Both the position numbers and the translations under genes were made by a program. From NCBI GenBank assembly GCA_030390025.1, contig CM059425.1, forward strand, positions 165,542,001 to 165,606,000: DNA of 64,000 nucleotides. Direction: 5' to 3'. Numbering within the stretch: the first letter of the stretch is position 1; every line of letters starts with the position of its first letter. The stretch is from Squalus acanthias. Its lineage: Eukaryota. The notes beneath the pieces were generated by a model. That model had not been told where the DNA came from and did no database searches. It saw only the letters and a list, made by a program, of their open reading frames with translations. Shown piece by piece: positions 1 through 13,732 of the stretch.

Positions 1-645
1 AGATTGTGGTGGAATACAATTCTGCTGCTGCTGATGGCCCACAGCACCTCATGGATGCCCAGTTTTGAGCTGTTAGATCAGTTCTGAATCTATCCCATTT
101 AGCACCGTGGTAGTGCCACACAACACGATGGAGTGTGTCCTCAGTGTGAAGACAGGACTTGTCTCCACAATGACTGTGCAGTGGTCACTGCTACCAATGC
201 TGTCATGGACAGATGCATCTGCGACATGTAGATTGGTGAGGACGAGGTCAAGTAGGTTTTTCCATCGTGTTGGTTCTCTCACCACCTGCCGCAGGCCCAG
301 CGAGGCAGCTATGTCCTTCAGGACTCAGCCAGCTCGGTCAGTAGTGGTGCTACCGAGCCACTCTTGGTGATGGACATTGAAGTCCCCCACCCAGAGTACA
401 TTCTGTGCCCTTGCTACTCTCAGTGCTTCTTCCAAGTGGTGTTCAACATGGAGAAGCACTGATTCATCAGCTGAGGGAGGGCGTTAGGTGGTAATCAGCA
501 GGAGGTTTCCTTGCCCATGCTTGACCTGAAGCCATGAGACTTCATGGGGTCCGGAGTCAATGTTGAGGACTCCCAGGGCCACTCCTTCCCAACTGTATAC
601 CACTGTGCTGCCACCCCTGGTGGGTCTGTCCTGCCGGTGGGACAA
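1..645 (-). mobile_element. Fragment of CR1-group LINE (family B), APE endonuclease region, decayed
   Basis: ORF 73..285(-) VREPTRWKNLLDLVLTN...IGSSDHCTV has the PT/LD/SDH motifs of LINE APE endonucleases; probably the same family as the elements at 59.8 and 61.6 kb. Confidence 0.8.
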
Positions 646-2631
646 TAATGTGATTTAAGTGTCCTGTTGCCGATATGACATGATAGGATTATGGTGTGAC
701 AAATGAAATATGCAAATAGGCAACAAATGATAAAGATCTTTGCATATGGAGACAACACTGTCTGACTGTCACTGTAAATTCATTTTGGAAGGAAAGCACG
801 GACTGCCAGAGAGAGGTACTTGACACTGAAAATAGAAGCAGAGAAGTTTACAGCACAGAGGGCCATTCACCCCATCATATTATGTGCCAGCTCTTTGCTC
901 GAGGAATCTAAAACAAATCCCACTGCCACCACACTCTCTCCATACGTCTGTATGGAAGGGAAGGGGAGCTAACACTGTTTATGCATAATGTTGTTCGCTA
1001 GGTGGCACAGGTTGGTAACCATCTTTCTGGATAGCCTCAGCCTTGGCTTGCATTGCTCCTCCTATGGGTTCTACGCATTGCCCTGGGCAGTTGATGCAAA
1101 TAGTTGTGAGTGTTTTACAAAGTCTTTGCCCCCGTTATGCCCTCTGACCCCTGCAGTGATGCAGGACAACACATATTGCATCTATAATGTTCATCATCAC
1201 ATTTTCCTAACCAGGAGATACAATAACTCCAACTCAGGTTGATACAACTGGTACCATTTAACTATTGAATGTCCCCAAAGGAAAACAGCACCAATCAGCA
1301 TTAAAAGCTCTTCATATGCCCCGAATTGGCATTATTAAGCAGTGGGCGTTAAATTAATGCCACAATGTCAGTGCTAATACATATTTTTTACAGATTAGAA
1401 AACCTGGAATAGTGCTAAAACCCCCCAGTGCCACTACCAGTATTTCGTCCTAATTTTTCACTCATTTTATATCCAACCTCCACGGGTGTTAGTAGCAGAA
1501 AGCATATCCCATGATACATGATACATGAGTGATAACTGTGGATTATGGAAAATAAACAATTGAATGATGTTAAGTAGTATTACTGACAAGTGTCATAAGC
1601 ACAAATGAATTCAGAACCCTTGTGCCACATGTGGCTAATGTTTCAGAAGCCATCGACATCCTATTATTTTTTCTATTTATTTATACTTACCTTCATTTTG
1701 ATTTCCAAATAACCATATCATCAAATACAGTTTTTTTTCTTAAATTTCCCAAGTCAAACCCAAGATTCTGCCGCAAATTCTGAGCTTGCTTTCTTGCTCA
1801 TTATAATGCCATAGACACAGCAGCAGTTTACTGGAAGCATGAGTCAACGATCATAAAATCATTGGCACAAACACAAGATATGTAGCATAAATCTCTGACA
1901 CTGCTGACTCACTGCTCTTGCAGCACAATGAAATGTGGTGCTCTGCACAAAGCATCACTGCATTACACTTCCCAATGAAGTTAGACCACAACCTTCATAG
2001 AATTATATATGGTTGAGTTGCAACAGTGCAATAAAGGGTCAGTTATCATTCTGCAAACTTTTAATGAACTTCAATCATAAATTGACAGGCATTGTGTCAA
2101 GTTTAGCCATTTGACTGGTCAGAGACACTGTGTGAAGTTTCACTGGTCTTAGGCATTGTGTAAAGTTTGGACATTTGACTTCTCCTCTGCCCAAGCTTAC
2201 CCTGCCTGCAATATTAATGAACAAAGCACACCACTTTATTAATTGATGCATAATTTCAAACTCAACATTAACATCGGCCAATGACTGGAAAGCAACAAAC
2301 CTCAAAAGCTTCTACTCATGGCTGACCAAATACTGTATGCTACATTTGTTCAACCTGAACAGAGTTTGAAATTAAGGGCAAAGTCCACTTTTGATATGGC
2401 GTTAAGTGAATTATTTTTCCTTTTGTTTTTCATTCTATGTTCAACTGGACACACAGGCTTATAACATTCTTTGAAAATGCATCTTATTTTACCACTGTCT
2501 ACTTGTTTGGATAAGAACTTTTGTTGGAAGTATTTCCAGGACTGGAAGTTGCCAGCCAAAACTGCTGAGAAAATGATTATAACAGGAAACCTGACACTTA
2601 CATTACATCATCACATCAAAATGAAGACAAC

Positions 2632-3213
2632 AGGGTCGATTTTGACTTCTGAGCGACCGAGCAGTGGAGCGCGCTGGTTGGCTGCCCGTTCCTGTGGCGA
2701 AGAGGCCCCCCTTGATTTGAGGCCCCGGCCTCATTAAATTTGGCAGGCAAGCTGCAGGGCACCAAACAGCTTGCCGGATTAAGGCCTCAAAATCAGGCTG
2801 GGGGCAGCCACCAGCAAGATAAGTTGCGGGGGTGCGGGGGTGGGGGGGGTTCGCGATTGCGGAGGGTGGGTGTCTTCGGCGTCAGTGGCCCAGATCATTT
2901 TTGTGCTACTCCGGAGCCCACCAAAATAATTTGACATTTATCTTTTTCAGGCCTCTTTGGTTCCATCGCCCATCGAACTGTTCAGAGTGTGCATAGCGCA
3001 GGCTCCGACCAGTTCTGACCTATAATGGTCATTGGACCGCTATTTCCATATTAAAAGAGGTCTAGCGCCTGAAACAGGTGGGCACTTTGAACTTCCGCTG
3101 GTAGGCCCCTTTCAAAATGGAGCAGGCCTCAAAATAGAATTAACGAGGCAGTAAGGCTACCAACCCCATTTTGAGGCAATTAACACGAGGCAAAGGCAGT
3201 GAAAATCGACCTC
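2632..3213. mobile_element. Non-autonomous Harbinger-like DNA element (MITE)
   Basis: Imperfect TIRs AGGGTCGATTTTGACT (2632) and AGTGAAAATCGACCTC (ending 3213); GC/CpG-rich interior in AT-rich flanks; no coding capacity. Confidence 0.6.
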
Positions 3214-3429
3214 AGTGTGTATAAACCTTAGTCTTTCAAAAAATCTCAGTGGTCTGTATGCAGTTTTTGTACCAACTTCAATGCTTCTGTACAATCAAAT
3301 ACTACCCGGTGTAGTTAAGAGGATACTTTCTGATTTTAAAAATATATTTTCTTGTTGTTTTGCCAAGCAGCAGTTCACTGTGTAGAATTGATGTAAAAAT
3401 AGGTACATGATTTTGAAAGGACGCATTAC

Positions 3430-4300
3430 ATAGAAACATAGAAACATAGAAGATAGGAGCAGGAGTAGGCCATTCGGCCCCTCGAGCCTGTTCCGCCATT
3501 TAATGAGATCATGGCTGATCATCCAAATTCAGTACCCTGTCCCTGCTTTCTCCTCATATCCCTTGATCCCTTTAGCCTTAAGAAATATATCTAACTCCTT
3601 CTTGAATATATTTAATGAATTCCACAGGTTCAACACTCTCTGGGTGAAGAAATTCCTCCTCATCTCAGTCCTAAATGGCTTACCCCTTATCCTAAGACTG
3701 TGACCCCTGGTTCTGGACTCCCCCACCATCGGGAACAGCCTTCCTGTATCTAGTCTGTCTAGTCCTGTTAGAATTTCATAAGTTTCAATGAGATCCCCTC
3801 TCATTCTTCTAAACTCTAGCGAATATAAGCCTAATCGACCCAATCTCTCTTCATACGTCATTCCTGCCAGCCCAGGTATCAGTCTGGTGAATCTTCGCTG
3901 CACTCCCTCCATGGCAAGAACATCCTTCCTCAGATAAGGCGACCAAAACTGCACACAATACTCAAGGTGTGGTCTCACCAAGGCCCTGTACAACTGCAGC
4001 AAGACATCCTTGCTCCTGTACCCGAATCCTCTCGCTATGAAGGCCAACATACCATTTGCCTTCTTAACCACCTGTTGCACCTGCATGCTTACCTTCAGCG
4101 ACTGGTGCACAAGGACACCCAGGTCTCGTTGCACTTCCCCTTTTCCCAATCTATTGTCATTCAGATAATAATCTGTCTTCCTGTTTTTACCACCAAAGTG
4201 GATAACCTCGCATTTATCCACATTATACTGCATCTGCCATGCATCTGCCCAATCACCCAACCTGTCCAAATCATCCTGGAGTTTCTCTGCATCCTCCTCA
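3430..4300 (-). mobile_element. 5'-truncated CR1 LINE (family A), C-terminal part of ORF2 plus 3' UTR
   Basis: ORF 3529..4269 (WQMQYNVDKCEVIHFG...RPHLEYCVQFWSP); (TTCTATGT)n tail at the left end; TSD CATTAC at 3424-3429 and 4301-4306. Confidence 0.95.
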
Positions 4301-4344
4301 CATTACTCGATACACTAGATCCTTCAAAAGTTCAATTTCCTAAT

Positions 4345-5106
4345 GGGCCAAAAATTCGGCACTTGCTGGGTGAGTACGCACTGTGTACTCACCCGTAAGG
4401 CCTCCTGAAGTGCCAGTTTCCTGCATGCACTGCGCATGCGCGGGAAACCGGAACTTCCGGTCTCGTGAAGGGAGCGATTCAGAGGTGAACCGCGTGTGCG
4501 GTAGAGGCTGCGCGCACGCAGCAAACTTAGGGTTTTTTTCAGGTTTCTCCGGGAGGGTAAGTATTGAAGAAGCTGCGCTTTTAAAAAGGAGGCACAAGAC
4601 CCGTTTTCAACAAAGTAAGTGGTTAATTAATTACAATGTAAAAAAAATTTCAACAGATTTATCTTTTTTAGATACTTTAAAGAAAGGTAAGTTTATTTTT
4701 AGCACTGTTAAAAAGTATTTTAATTTTTTCAAAAATTAAAATTTTTGTTTAAAGCAGTTAATTTATTTAACTTATAGTTATTTTAAAAATGTGATGGTTT
4801 TTTTTTAATTTATTTGAAGTTTAGGTGTTGTTTTGGGGCCGATTTCAATTCATAGATTTGACAGGTCTTGTCAAATCTATGAATGAAAGATTGTCTGCTG
4901 CCATTGGCTCTCCATGGCCCACGTGATACCAGGGGACGCATCGCACTAACTACGCCCCTGGGATACACAAGCACTGCGCGCCGGCAGTTGCAGCAGGCCC
5001 AGGAGCTGAAGTCCCCGTGGGCCCAGAGGTCAACGGCAGGCGCGGTAGGTAGGTGCGCGCGCAATCATTGCACCCGCGGGAAGCCAGGGAGCCGAATTTC
5101 TGGGCC
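4345..5106. mobile_element. Non-autonomous Harbinger-like MITE
   Basis: TIRs GGGCCAAAAATTCGGC and GCCGAATTTCTGGGCC (14/16); 3-bp TSD AAT (4342-4344, 5107-5109); related copy at 25951-26632. Confidence 0.8.
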
Positions 5107-5389
5107 AATATCTTTCTAGATGCTGCCTTTAGTGCTTTATAATTTAAATGTATTGACCTCAGTGCAAGCAGCAGTTGGATGCAAATATCACACAAACTCT
5201 CTGCCTGCAACATAAAAATAAAAAAATAGGTTAAAAATTATTATGGATATCAAGTATTACCTTTTAGATAGAACTGTCAGTCAAAACAACAATATTGTGC
5301 ATTATCTTTACCTTTCTGCTTTGAACTACACAGGATTACACTACGTTTCTGCATAGGACTACACTGAATTACACTGTAAGACTTACCTG

Positions 5390-8300
5390 CTGTGTCTCTA
5401 TCTCTGCTGCTAAAGGTTTTTTACCTTTAAACTTCCGGCTGTGTCTCTGCTGAACTGGTTCTACTGGTTTTTCAGCTCTGCTGGCTTCTAGGTAGCAGCT
5501 GCTGCTCCACTTGCTGTCCGGTGACTCGTTCTATTGGTTTTCAGCTTTGCTGGTCCCTGGCTTGTGGTTTTACTTTTTCTCCACCGCTTTGATCTACAGT
5601 GACCTCCAACTTGTGTCAATTTAGTCATAATTTTCTGCATCGCTACCGACTCTCATTCCTACGGCAACAACCTCCTCGCACTCTCTACCCTTCAAATAGC
5701 TTCTGGACTTCACTCACCTGCTTTGGACAGCGGTTCGTCGATGTTCCGTACCAGCCCCATCCTGCTTACGTCGGCTTTGTCCTTCCATGGGACCTCTGGC
5801 TTTGACCCTGGTCTTCCTACTATTGTCCCCAACCTATTCCCAGCTACCAGGAAATATGTATTCCATTAATTACTACATTTAAACAGGCCTATGTAACCTG
5901 AGTTTTTCCTCTGTGTCCATTCGCGTGTGCACTTTGGCTGCAGCTCCGGACCCGAGCCATTCAATACTTTTCCACTTTTCCCCCCTCATTTCCTTTTCTC
6001 TCTATCCCTCCCTAACCGCTCTCTCCTGTCATCATGCCTCCTTTCATCTCTCCTCTCTCGGATACACTGCCCTCCCAAATCCCCACCCCAATCCTTCATT
6101 TCTTTTCGACCTTCCTACTCTCCTGCCGTCGTCCCAGGCTTGACTCCCTCTTAGATAAGCCCACAGCTTCCCTCTGTGCCTCTCTTGGCATCCTACGAAG
6201 GGCCCATCGAGGCACTCGTCGCTGCCGCCTTACGAGCAGCAACCTCAACTCTCCCATCCTACTCTCTCGCCGACCTTCCTGCCAGCACGTCCACTGAGAG
6301 CAAATCTCTTCCCCATCCAACTTATCCCCCCCAGCGCAGACCCTGTGGACACTGGCAGTGAGGCAGCCATCACCGACCCTCTCCCCATCTCCCTCCAGAA
6401 TGTCCGTTCACTTGTGAACAAGGCCCTTGCCATCCATGAGCTTATCGTGGATGACTGCATCGATATCATGGCCCTGACGGAAACTTGGTTGAGGGGTGAT
6501 GACACCTTACCCTTAAATGAAGCCTCCCCGCTTGGCTATACCTTCCACCACTTGCCCCGCTCAGACCACCGTGGTGGCAGTGTGGCTCTCATCACCAAAT
6601 CACACCTTGATCTGTCCTCCTACTCCTCCGGCACTTTCTCCTCCTTTGAGCATCTCACCTTATTCCACCCCTCTCACCTCTCATTTAAAATTCTGGTTCT
6701 TTACCGCCCACCCCAGTACCATAAAAATGTTACTACTGAAATATCTTCACTGTTCTCCTTCCTCAGCCTCTGCACCGAACGACATCTCACCATCGGTGAT
6801 TTCCACCTCCATCTGAATTCATCATGCTCTCTCTCCTCTGAGTTCACTAGCCTCCTATCCTCCCTTAATCTCTCCCTCCATGTAAACTCCCCAACCCATA
6901 TTCACAGCCACCCCCTCGATCTTGCCATCTCTCGTGGCCTCACTACTCCCATCATGCCAATCACAGATAAGGCCATCTCTGACCACTTCCTCGTACCACT
7001 CTCCACCCACATCCCCCTTTCCATGCCCCCCCCTCCCCCCCCACCCCCGCCACCCCAAGTCTACTTCCTTCTGTGCTTCTGTGTCCACCCCTGGAAAAAA
7101 CTCTCCCCCAACTCTCTTACAACTGCACTTATGAAATCCCAACTGTCCAGCCTTTGGCCCTCAATTCACCCTGACATTTATGCAGCTACCGATCTGCTCA
7201 AACACACCCTCACTTTTGATGCCCTAGTCCCTGTTAAAACAATTACTCTCTCTCATCCTGGCCATTCCCCCTGGTACGGCCCTCATCTTCGCTCCCTTAA
7301 GTCCAAGGGACGCAGACTTGAACAGATATGGCGGACAACTGGTTTAGCCATTCACCATCAGATCTGGCTGGATCACATAAAGCATTATAGGGTCCTGCTC
7401 TCGTCTGCCAAAATTGCTCACTATTCCAGAATCATTCTGGAATGCAAAGATAAACCCAGGCTCCTATTCACTACTGCTAACCGTCTTTTGAAACCACTCT
7501 CCCCTGTCTCCTCCACCCTCACCTCCGACAACAAGTGTGAGGAGCTCATGGACTTCTTTGTCTCTATGATTGAGACCATCTGTTCAGCTGCCTCTGCCAC
7601 TTCCCTTCCTTCCCCTAACCCACCGGGCCAAACGTCCTCTAAGGTTTCCCCTGCCCTAGCTCTGAACTCACATCTTTCTCCAGTTTCTCTCCGATCTCCC
7701 CTCATGACCTCTCCACGCTCATCTTGTCCATAAGACCCACCTCCTGCTCCCTCGACCCTATTCCCACCAAACTGCTGACCACCCAACTTCTTTTTCTGGC
7801 TCCCATGTTAGCTGACATTGTTAACGGTTCTCTCTCCTCAGGTACTGTCCCCCTCTCCCTCAAATCTGCTGTCATCACCCCTCACCTCAAAAAAGCAACC
7901 CTTGACCCCTCTGTCCTTGCAAACTACCACCCCATCTCCAACCTCCCTTTCCTCTCCAAAGTCCTTGAATGTGTTGTCGCCTCCCAAATCCGTGCCCATC
8001 TTTCCCACAATTCCATATTTGAATCCCTCCAATCAGGTTTCCGCCCTTGCCACAGTACCGAAACGGCTCTCATCAAAGTCACAAATGACATCCTTTGTGA
8101 CTGTGACAAAGGTAAACTATCCCTCCTCGTCCTTCTTGACTTGTCTGCAGCCTTTGACAAGGTTGACCACTCCATCTTTCTCCAACACCTCTCCGCTGTC
8201 GTCCAGCTGGGTGGGACTGCACTCGCCTGGTTCCATTCTTATCTATCTAATCATAGCCAGAGACGGCTTCTCTTCCCGCTCCCGCATCATTACCTCTGGT

Positions 8301-9360
8301 GTCCCCAAGGATCTATACTTGGCCCCCTCCTATTTCTCATCTACATGTTGCCTCTCGGTGACATCATCCGAAAACATAGCGTCAGTTTCCACATGTATGC
8401 TGAAGATACCCAGCTCTACCTCACCACCACTTCTCTCGACCTCTCCACGGTCTCTAAATTGTCAGACTACTTGTCCGACATTCAGTTCTGGATGAGCAGA
8501 AATTTTCTCCACTTAAATATTGGGAAGACCGAAGCCATTATTTTTGGTCCCCGCCACAAACTCCGTTCCCTAGCCACTGACTCCATCCCTCTCCCTAACA
8601 TCTGTCTGAGGCTGAACCACACTGTCCGCAACCTTGGTGTCATATTTGACCTTAAAATGAGCTTCCAACCATATATCCACTGCATAACTAAGACCGCTTA
8701 TTTCCACCTCCGCATCATCGCCCATCTCTGCCCTTGCCTCAGCTCATCTGCCGCTGAAACCCTCATCCATGCCTTTGTTACCTCTAGACTTGACTATTCC
8801 AACGCACTCCTGGCTGGCCTCCCACATTCTACCCTACGTAAACTTGAGGTCATCCAAAACTCGGCTGCCCATGTCCTAACTCGCACCAAGTCCCATTCAC
8901 CCATCACCTCTGTGCTCGCTGACCTACATTGGCTCCCAGTTAAGCAACACCTCGATTTCAAAATTCTCATCCTTGTTTTCAAATCCCTCCATAGCCTCGT
9001 CCCTCCCTATCTTTTTAATCTCCTTCAGCACCACAACCCCCCGAGATATCTGCGCTCCTCTAATTCAGCCCTCTTGAGCATCCCTGATTATAATCGCTCA
9101 ACCATTGGTGGTCATGCCTTCTGTTGCCTAGGCCCTAAGCTCTGGAATTCCCTGCCTAAACCTCTCCGTCTCGCTACCTCTCTTTCCTCCTGTAAGACGC
9201 TCCTTAAAACCTACCTCTTTGACCAAGCTTTTGGTCACCTGCCCTAATTTCTCCTTATGCGGCTCGGTGTCAAATATTTTTGTCTTTTAATACTCCTGTG
9301 AAGCGCCTTGGGATGTTTTACTATGTTAAAGGTGCTATATAAATACAAGTTGTTGTTGTT
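5390..9360 (+). mobile_element. Near-full-length L2 LINE with disrupted ORF2 (APE endonuclease + reverse transcriptase)
   Basis: ORF 6345..7733 (LQNVRSL, LTETWL, YRPP, GDF, SDH) and ORF 7724..9247 (LDLSAAFD, PQGSILGP, HMYAEDTQLY); L2 3' end GTGAAGCGCCTTGGGATG...AAATACAAG(TTG)n; 5' boundary approximate. Confidence 0.93.
6345..9247 (+). pseudogene. L2 ORF2 pseudogene (EN + RT)
   Basis: Frameshift near 7.65-7.73 kb, a locally out-of-frame segment near 8.26-8.30 kb, and catalytic YADD changed to YAED. Confidence 0.88.
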
Positions 9361-10129
9361 ACCTCTAGATGCCGATGTTCAAATCCAGACTGGAAGAATC
9401 TTGTTAAGGATCATTGATTCGACTACTGTTTCTGCGGAATGACTTCAATTTTCAGCCTGAGCTCTAAAAACCTTAGACAGGTAAAGGGCAGAATGAATGT
9501 ACCATCTGATACAAAGAGGAACCTTTCATCTGAAGAATGATGGTAGAGGTTCTGCTGGTGGATATAAGGATTGCATCATCGACACGGACTTGCTCAAATA
9601 TCAAATTTATGAGTGCTGAGTAATGTCATTGGATTAAAAAATACACTCCAATTCCAAGGGCAAACATCACTTACCTTAAAGGGCACCTGCTCATTCATCA
9701 AATAATAACAAAAGATTCGTCCCTGAGAACCTGCAGTCCCACTCCACCACCGTAACTAGGGAAGAGCGGAGTTCTGATCTGCTGCTGATCATCCTACCTA
9801 ACCCTGTTGGAATTTTCCGTAGTCAGGCAATTTACATCTTTTTGGTGGGTAACTGGGTCAGTATCGGCACTGCTGGAATGACAACTGGGTAGGGGAATGG
9901 AAATGTGTGGTTCAAGCGGCCACTTGTTTGCAAAGATGGCTGGTCTGGCTGGTAATTTTTTTTTTACAGTCCCTTTACATGGAGGCTGATTTCTCTGGGT
10001 CCAGATGTGCACTTTTTAGCTATTCCAGGCCATAAAACCAGACAAGAATTCCCTTGTGAGCCTCACTCTTGCAGGTGTATGGTTCACTGTGGCCACCGGA
10101 GGCGGGACTGGTGATGCCATTGCCTTTCT

Positions 10130-10525
10130 ACTTAAAGTTAAAAAGAAAACCACAAATATCAGAAGTCTGAAATACAAAATGCTAGAAAGACATCTGAAAG
10201 ACAAAGATAGGTCAACATTCAAGAATTTTATAGGATTTACCAAAATAAAGACGGGAATGGAAGAACAGTTAGAGGTGAGGAGTTCAAATATGCTAATTAC
10301 CTTCACAAAAAGGCAGAGAACAGCTTATTAACCCCACTAGTCCTCCTTTGTGAAATTAGTTAGTAGAATTTAAACTCTTGACCTCTCGTTGGTCTCCTTT
10401 CACCTCTTTGATTTGATCAGTTGTTTAAAGGAGCTTCTCCAGTCTGAAACGTCAGGCCTGAAACACTAAAAAACTATTTTTTCTGTTCAGCTGCAGTGCA
10501 CTGACAACATTTTCTGTTTTTATTG
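10130..10525. mobile_element. Old Penelope-like terminal-repeat remnants in inverted orientation
   Basis: 10441-10525 (ctgaaacgtcaggcctgaaacact...cattttctgtttttatt) resembles 24850-24950; 10140-10220 looks like a decayed reverse complement of the same tail. Confidence 0.3.
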
Positions 10526-12521
10526 GCTATTTATACTTTTGCAAGTCCAAAGTCATGTTCATTTGGACTTTTCATTCTACTTATAGACCATTATGATGAT
10601 TTTAAAAAGCTGTGAGGAGAAAATATGGTGAGATTATTGGCCTCAGCATCATGAAATTAATAACTCAAACAATATGCAAAGAGGATTAAGGTTGAATGTA
10701 TTTTTCTAACATTAGATGCCTTTTAAATAAGTTATGCCATACATCCCATCTGTAAGCAGTCTTTCATTATTCACCAATTTGTGAACTTTCAAAGACACTG
10801 TACTCTGCTTGTACACAGCATGAAATAAATGAATTATTTACTCCTTACAGTTGAGCAAGCATTCAGCAAATCCCTTGAGTGGTGTTGAACTCAGGGCATA
10901 GTCCTCACATCTTCATCACATTGCTATTCGTGTCCCTGGATTTTTCACTATATATTAACATAGTCTTGAAAACACATATTTAGGGTTTTCAAATAACATT
11001 CAAACCCAACAGATATAATGACTGCTAGTCAAAAATATAACAATGCAAAAGGATGAGGTTATGTGTTGCAAACAGTTTAATTTGAAGTATTTTTAGTTTA
11101 TCTTTGTCTCTACATGAAACTGCAAAGGCTTAGGTTTAGATTGTCCATCAAGCCTTGGGGTGTTCATTTGTCAAGCTTAGAGCTAGTTACAGATGTGTTT
11201 TCTAGCCAAATTAAATTACATTTTAACAGACAGATCATACAGATAACTAGAAGCCTAGAAGAAAGAAACCCATTCTCAGCTTTGCCCAGTAGCCGTTTTA
11301 TATTCTATAATATTGGCAGCATGGTTTTCTGTTTTAATGAAGCCACTGAATAAAATAGGATGAGCTGTCAGCTTGCCTGAGGCGTCTTTCATTCACAACT
11401 GCTGTGTCTATTACGTTCATTACCTTGTTAAGACGACAAGAGCCGTCTGTGATAAAGGCTAGAGCATTAACATTATCTCCTGAAGTAACATCATTGTACT
11501 GCTTTAATATTTAGCGTTTAGGGATTCGCTTTGTTTAACTGAGTAGAATTTTAAAATAATGACGTTAATCTTTTTTAATAAGGTTTTTGTTCTTTTGACA
11601 TCATTGCAGGAATGATTTCTTTCTGTATGAACCCAGGTCTCTGCTGTGTATCATAATTAGGTGATTCCTGGCACTGTTCCAATAAGTAACACAATAGAAG
11701 GGTGCAGCATCCTGCTTTGTGGTTCAGTAACCTAATTTTCACATTTACTCAACTTTGTCCTTTTTTAACCATTCACAAAAATAGGTCTCTCTGCAAAAAC
11801 AGAACTCCAGTGGCATCATGTAACCCTCATTGTCCTAGCTGCAAGTTAGGGTCTGTTGAAAAAAATGCATAATCATACTGTTATTTTTAATCTACAGTAA
11901 TGTTATGCCAGCCCGTGTTGTATTTCACATCAAAGCTTTGCACTACTCATGAGTAATAAATCTGTATGTATTTTTATAGTGATAATGTTACAACATCTTA
12001 CTGCCTCCAGTTTACAGTCCAAGTACCTTTTCAAAACTGGTACCATGCCACAAGATGTGATGCTAGCTCTTTGCCAGCCTACGTGCTTTCTACAGTTAGT
12101 GCTGGCTTAAATATAAAGGTTTTTTTATTATTCCCTATGTTAGTACTCCTCCAATGTTGTTCTCTCTTGTCATAGGCAATAACTCATGCTTGACTTTTGC
12201 TGAGGTACAGTTTTATAGATATCAGCTGCCCTCTAGTACCTCACCCACGTGGTCATTCATCATGTCTGAGTCTGTACATTGAGTATTGGCAGACCATTAC
12301 TGTGGGAGGCATCACAGGCGGGAATGATTCAGATCTTCCCCAACATTCACACATACATATTCCAACTGGGGTCACTGGGGGTGATCAGGAGAGGGAACAC
12401 TGGTTGATATTTCCCCTCCTTTGCATAGGGGCACCGAGGCCAATTGTACCATCTCTACCAGGGAAAAGTGTCGTGCTAGATTTATTTTTAATATCTAACA
12501 AATCACTGTTCACTATAGAGT

Positions 12522-12644
12522 AAATTATTGTAAAATTATTGTAAATTATTGTAAAATTAAATAAATCTGTTGGACTATAACCTGGTGTTGTGCGACTTCT
12601 CATTTTTGTCCACCCCAGTCCAACGCCGGCATCTCCACATCATG
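12522..12644 (+). mobile_element. Penelope-like element, solo terminal-repeat fragment
   Basis: Shares AAATAAATCTGTTGGACTATAACCTGGTGTTGTGCGACTTCTCATT with the GIY-YIG-bearing copies at 23.4 and 54.5 kb; 11-bp TSD CACTATAGAGT (12511-12521, 12645-12655). Confidence 0.85.
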
Positions 12645-13584
12645 CACTATAGAGTTGACAGCATATTAAGATATCCCAACGTATAGAGTTATTATTTTTT
12701 ATTTAATGTGATAATTAAACAGTGATCGCACTTCAAAAGTAATTTGTGTGAAGTTTTCGCAGAAACATGATGAGGCACTACATACATGCAGGTATTTTTC
12801 TTCTTTCTTTAAATGTTTAAACAATGGTGAACTGAGTCATTTAAACAGAGAATATCGAGCAGGCTCAGTAAATCAGACTCAGGCTCGATCCAAAGCTTCT
12901 ATCGCCTATAACCTGACACTCTATCCATCTCATGATCTAGATGCTTGTGAAGGCGCCCTGATGACGGATTCAACTATTAGAAGAATCAGCAGGATGGCTG
13001 GCCAGCTGAAGGAGGAAAGCACAGCATTTGTAATTATTAAAAGGAAACTAACGCCAAGTGAACAATTAATCTGCTCCTCACATCACTCACTAGTTATATT
13101 ATAAAATTAATCACACAGCGTAAGATTTGGGACCAGAACGCCTCTCTCCAGGTGCTGCCATTACCCTGCCACAATCAGCCTCCTTGCAGTATTGCCACAT
13201 TTATAACCTGCTCCATAGAACTAAGATGGCAAGGGCAGCTTTTCTCTCTGTTCAAAGGACAGAATTTTGATTCTTTATCTGACTCTTGGAGCTAAATATT
13301 TAGAGATAAAAGGCAAATCTCTGAACGCTGAAAATCAGAAACACAAATAGAAATTACGTGAAAAATACAGCAGGCCAGTCAGTATCCAAAACAGAAAGAA
13401 ACACTTCAAGCTCAATATTCATTGTGCTTCTGTGCCTCACAAGCAAAGTAGCTTTGTTTTGGTGGAGATAGTCCTGTAAAATTCTGGGGGCAATTTTCGC
13501 TGGATACTTTAGGCCAGGGGTGGGCAATAATTTGGGCTGGAGGGCCACTTAACAAGTTTTGGTGAGCTATTGAGGGCCGCACAC

Positions 13585-13732
13585 CAATGTTCCCTCTAAG
13601 GTGCACGACTGTGCGGTTGCGCACTAATCGCGAGGTTCCTCACAGGCCGCTCACCAGCCCCTGCCGCTGGAAGAGACACTGCGCAGCAAATTTAAAGGGA
13701 CTGCACACGAAAAAAAATTAGAGGGATCATTG
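13585..13732. mobile_element. Short hAT MITE
   Basis: TIRs CAATGTTCCCTCTAA and TTAGAGGGATCATTG; same TIR family as 42020-42162; TSD not recognisable here. Confidence 0.7.

Noticed and set aside
7421..8982. Many antisense or alternative-frame ORFs over LINEs (also at 21206, 51378, 53096 and elsewhere)
   Set aside because: Shadow ORFs of LINE coding sequence with biased composition
7724..9247. 507-aa RT ORF as a functional retron or novel RT system
   Set aside because: Standard L2 ORF2 with frameshifts and a YAED active site
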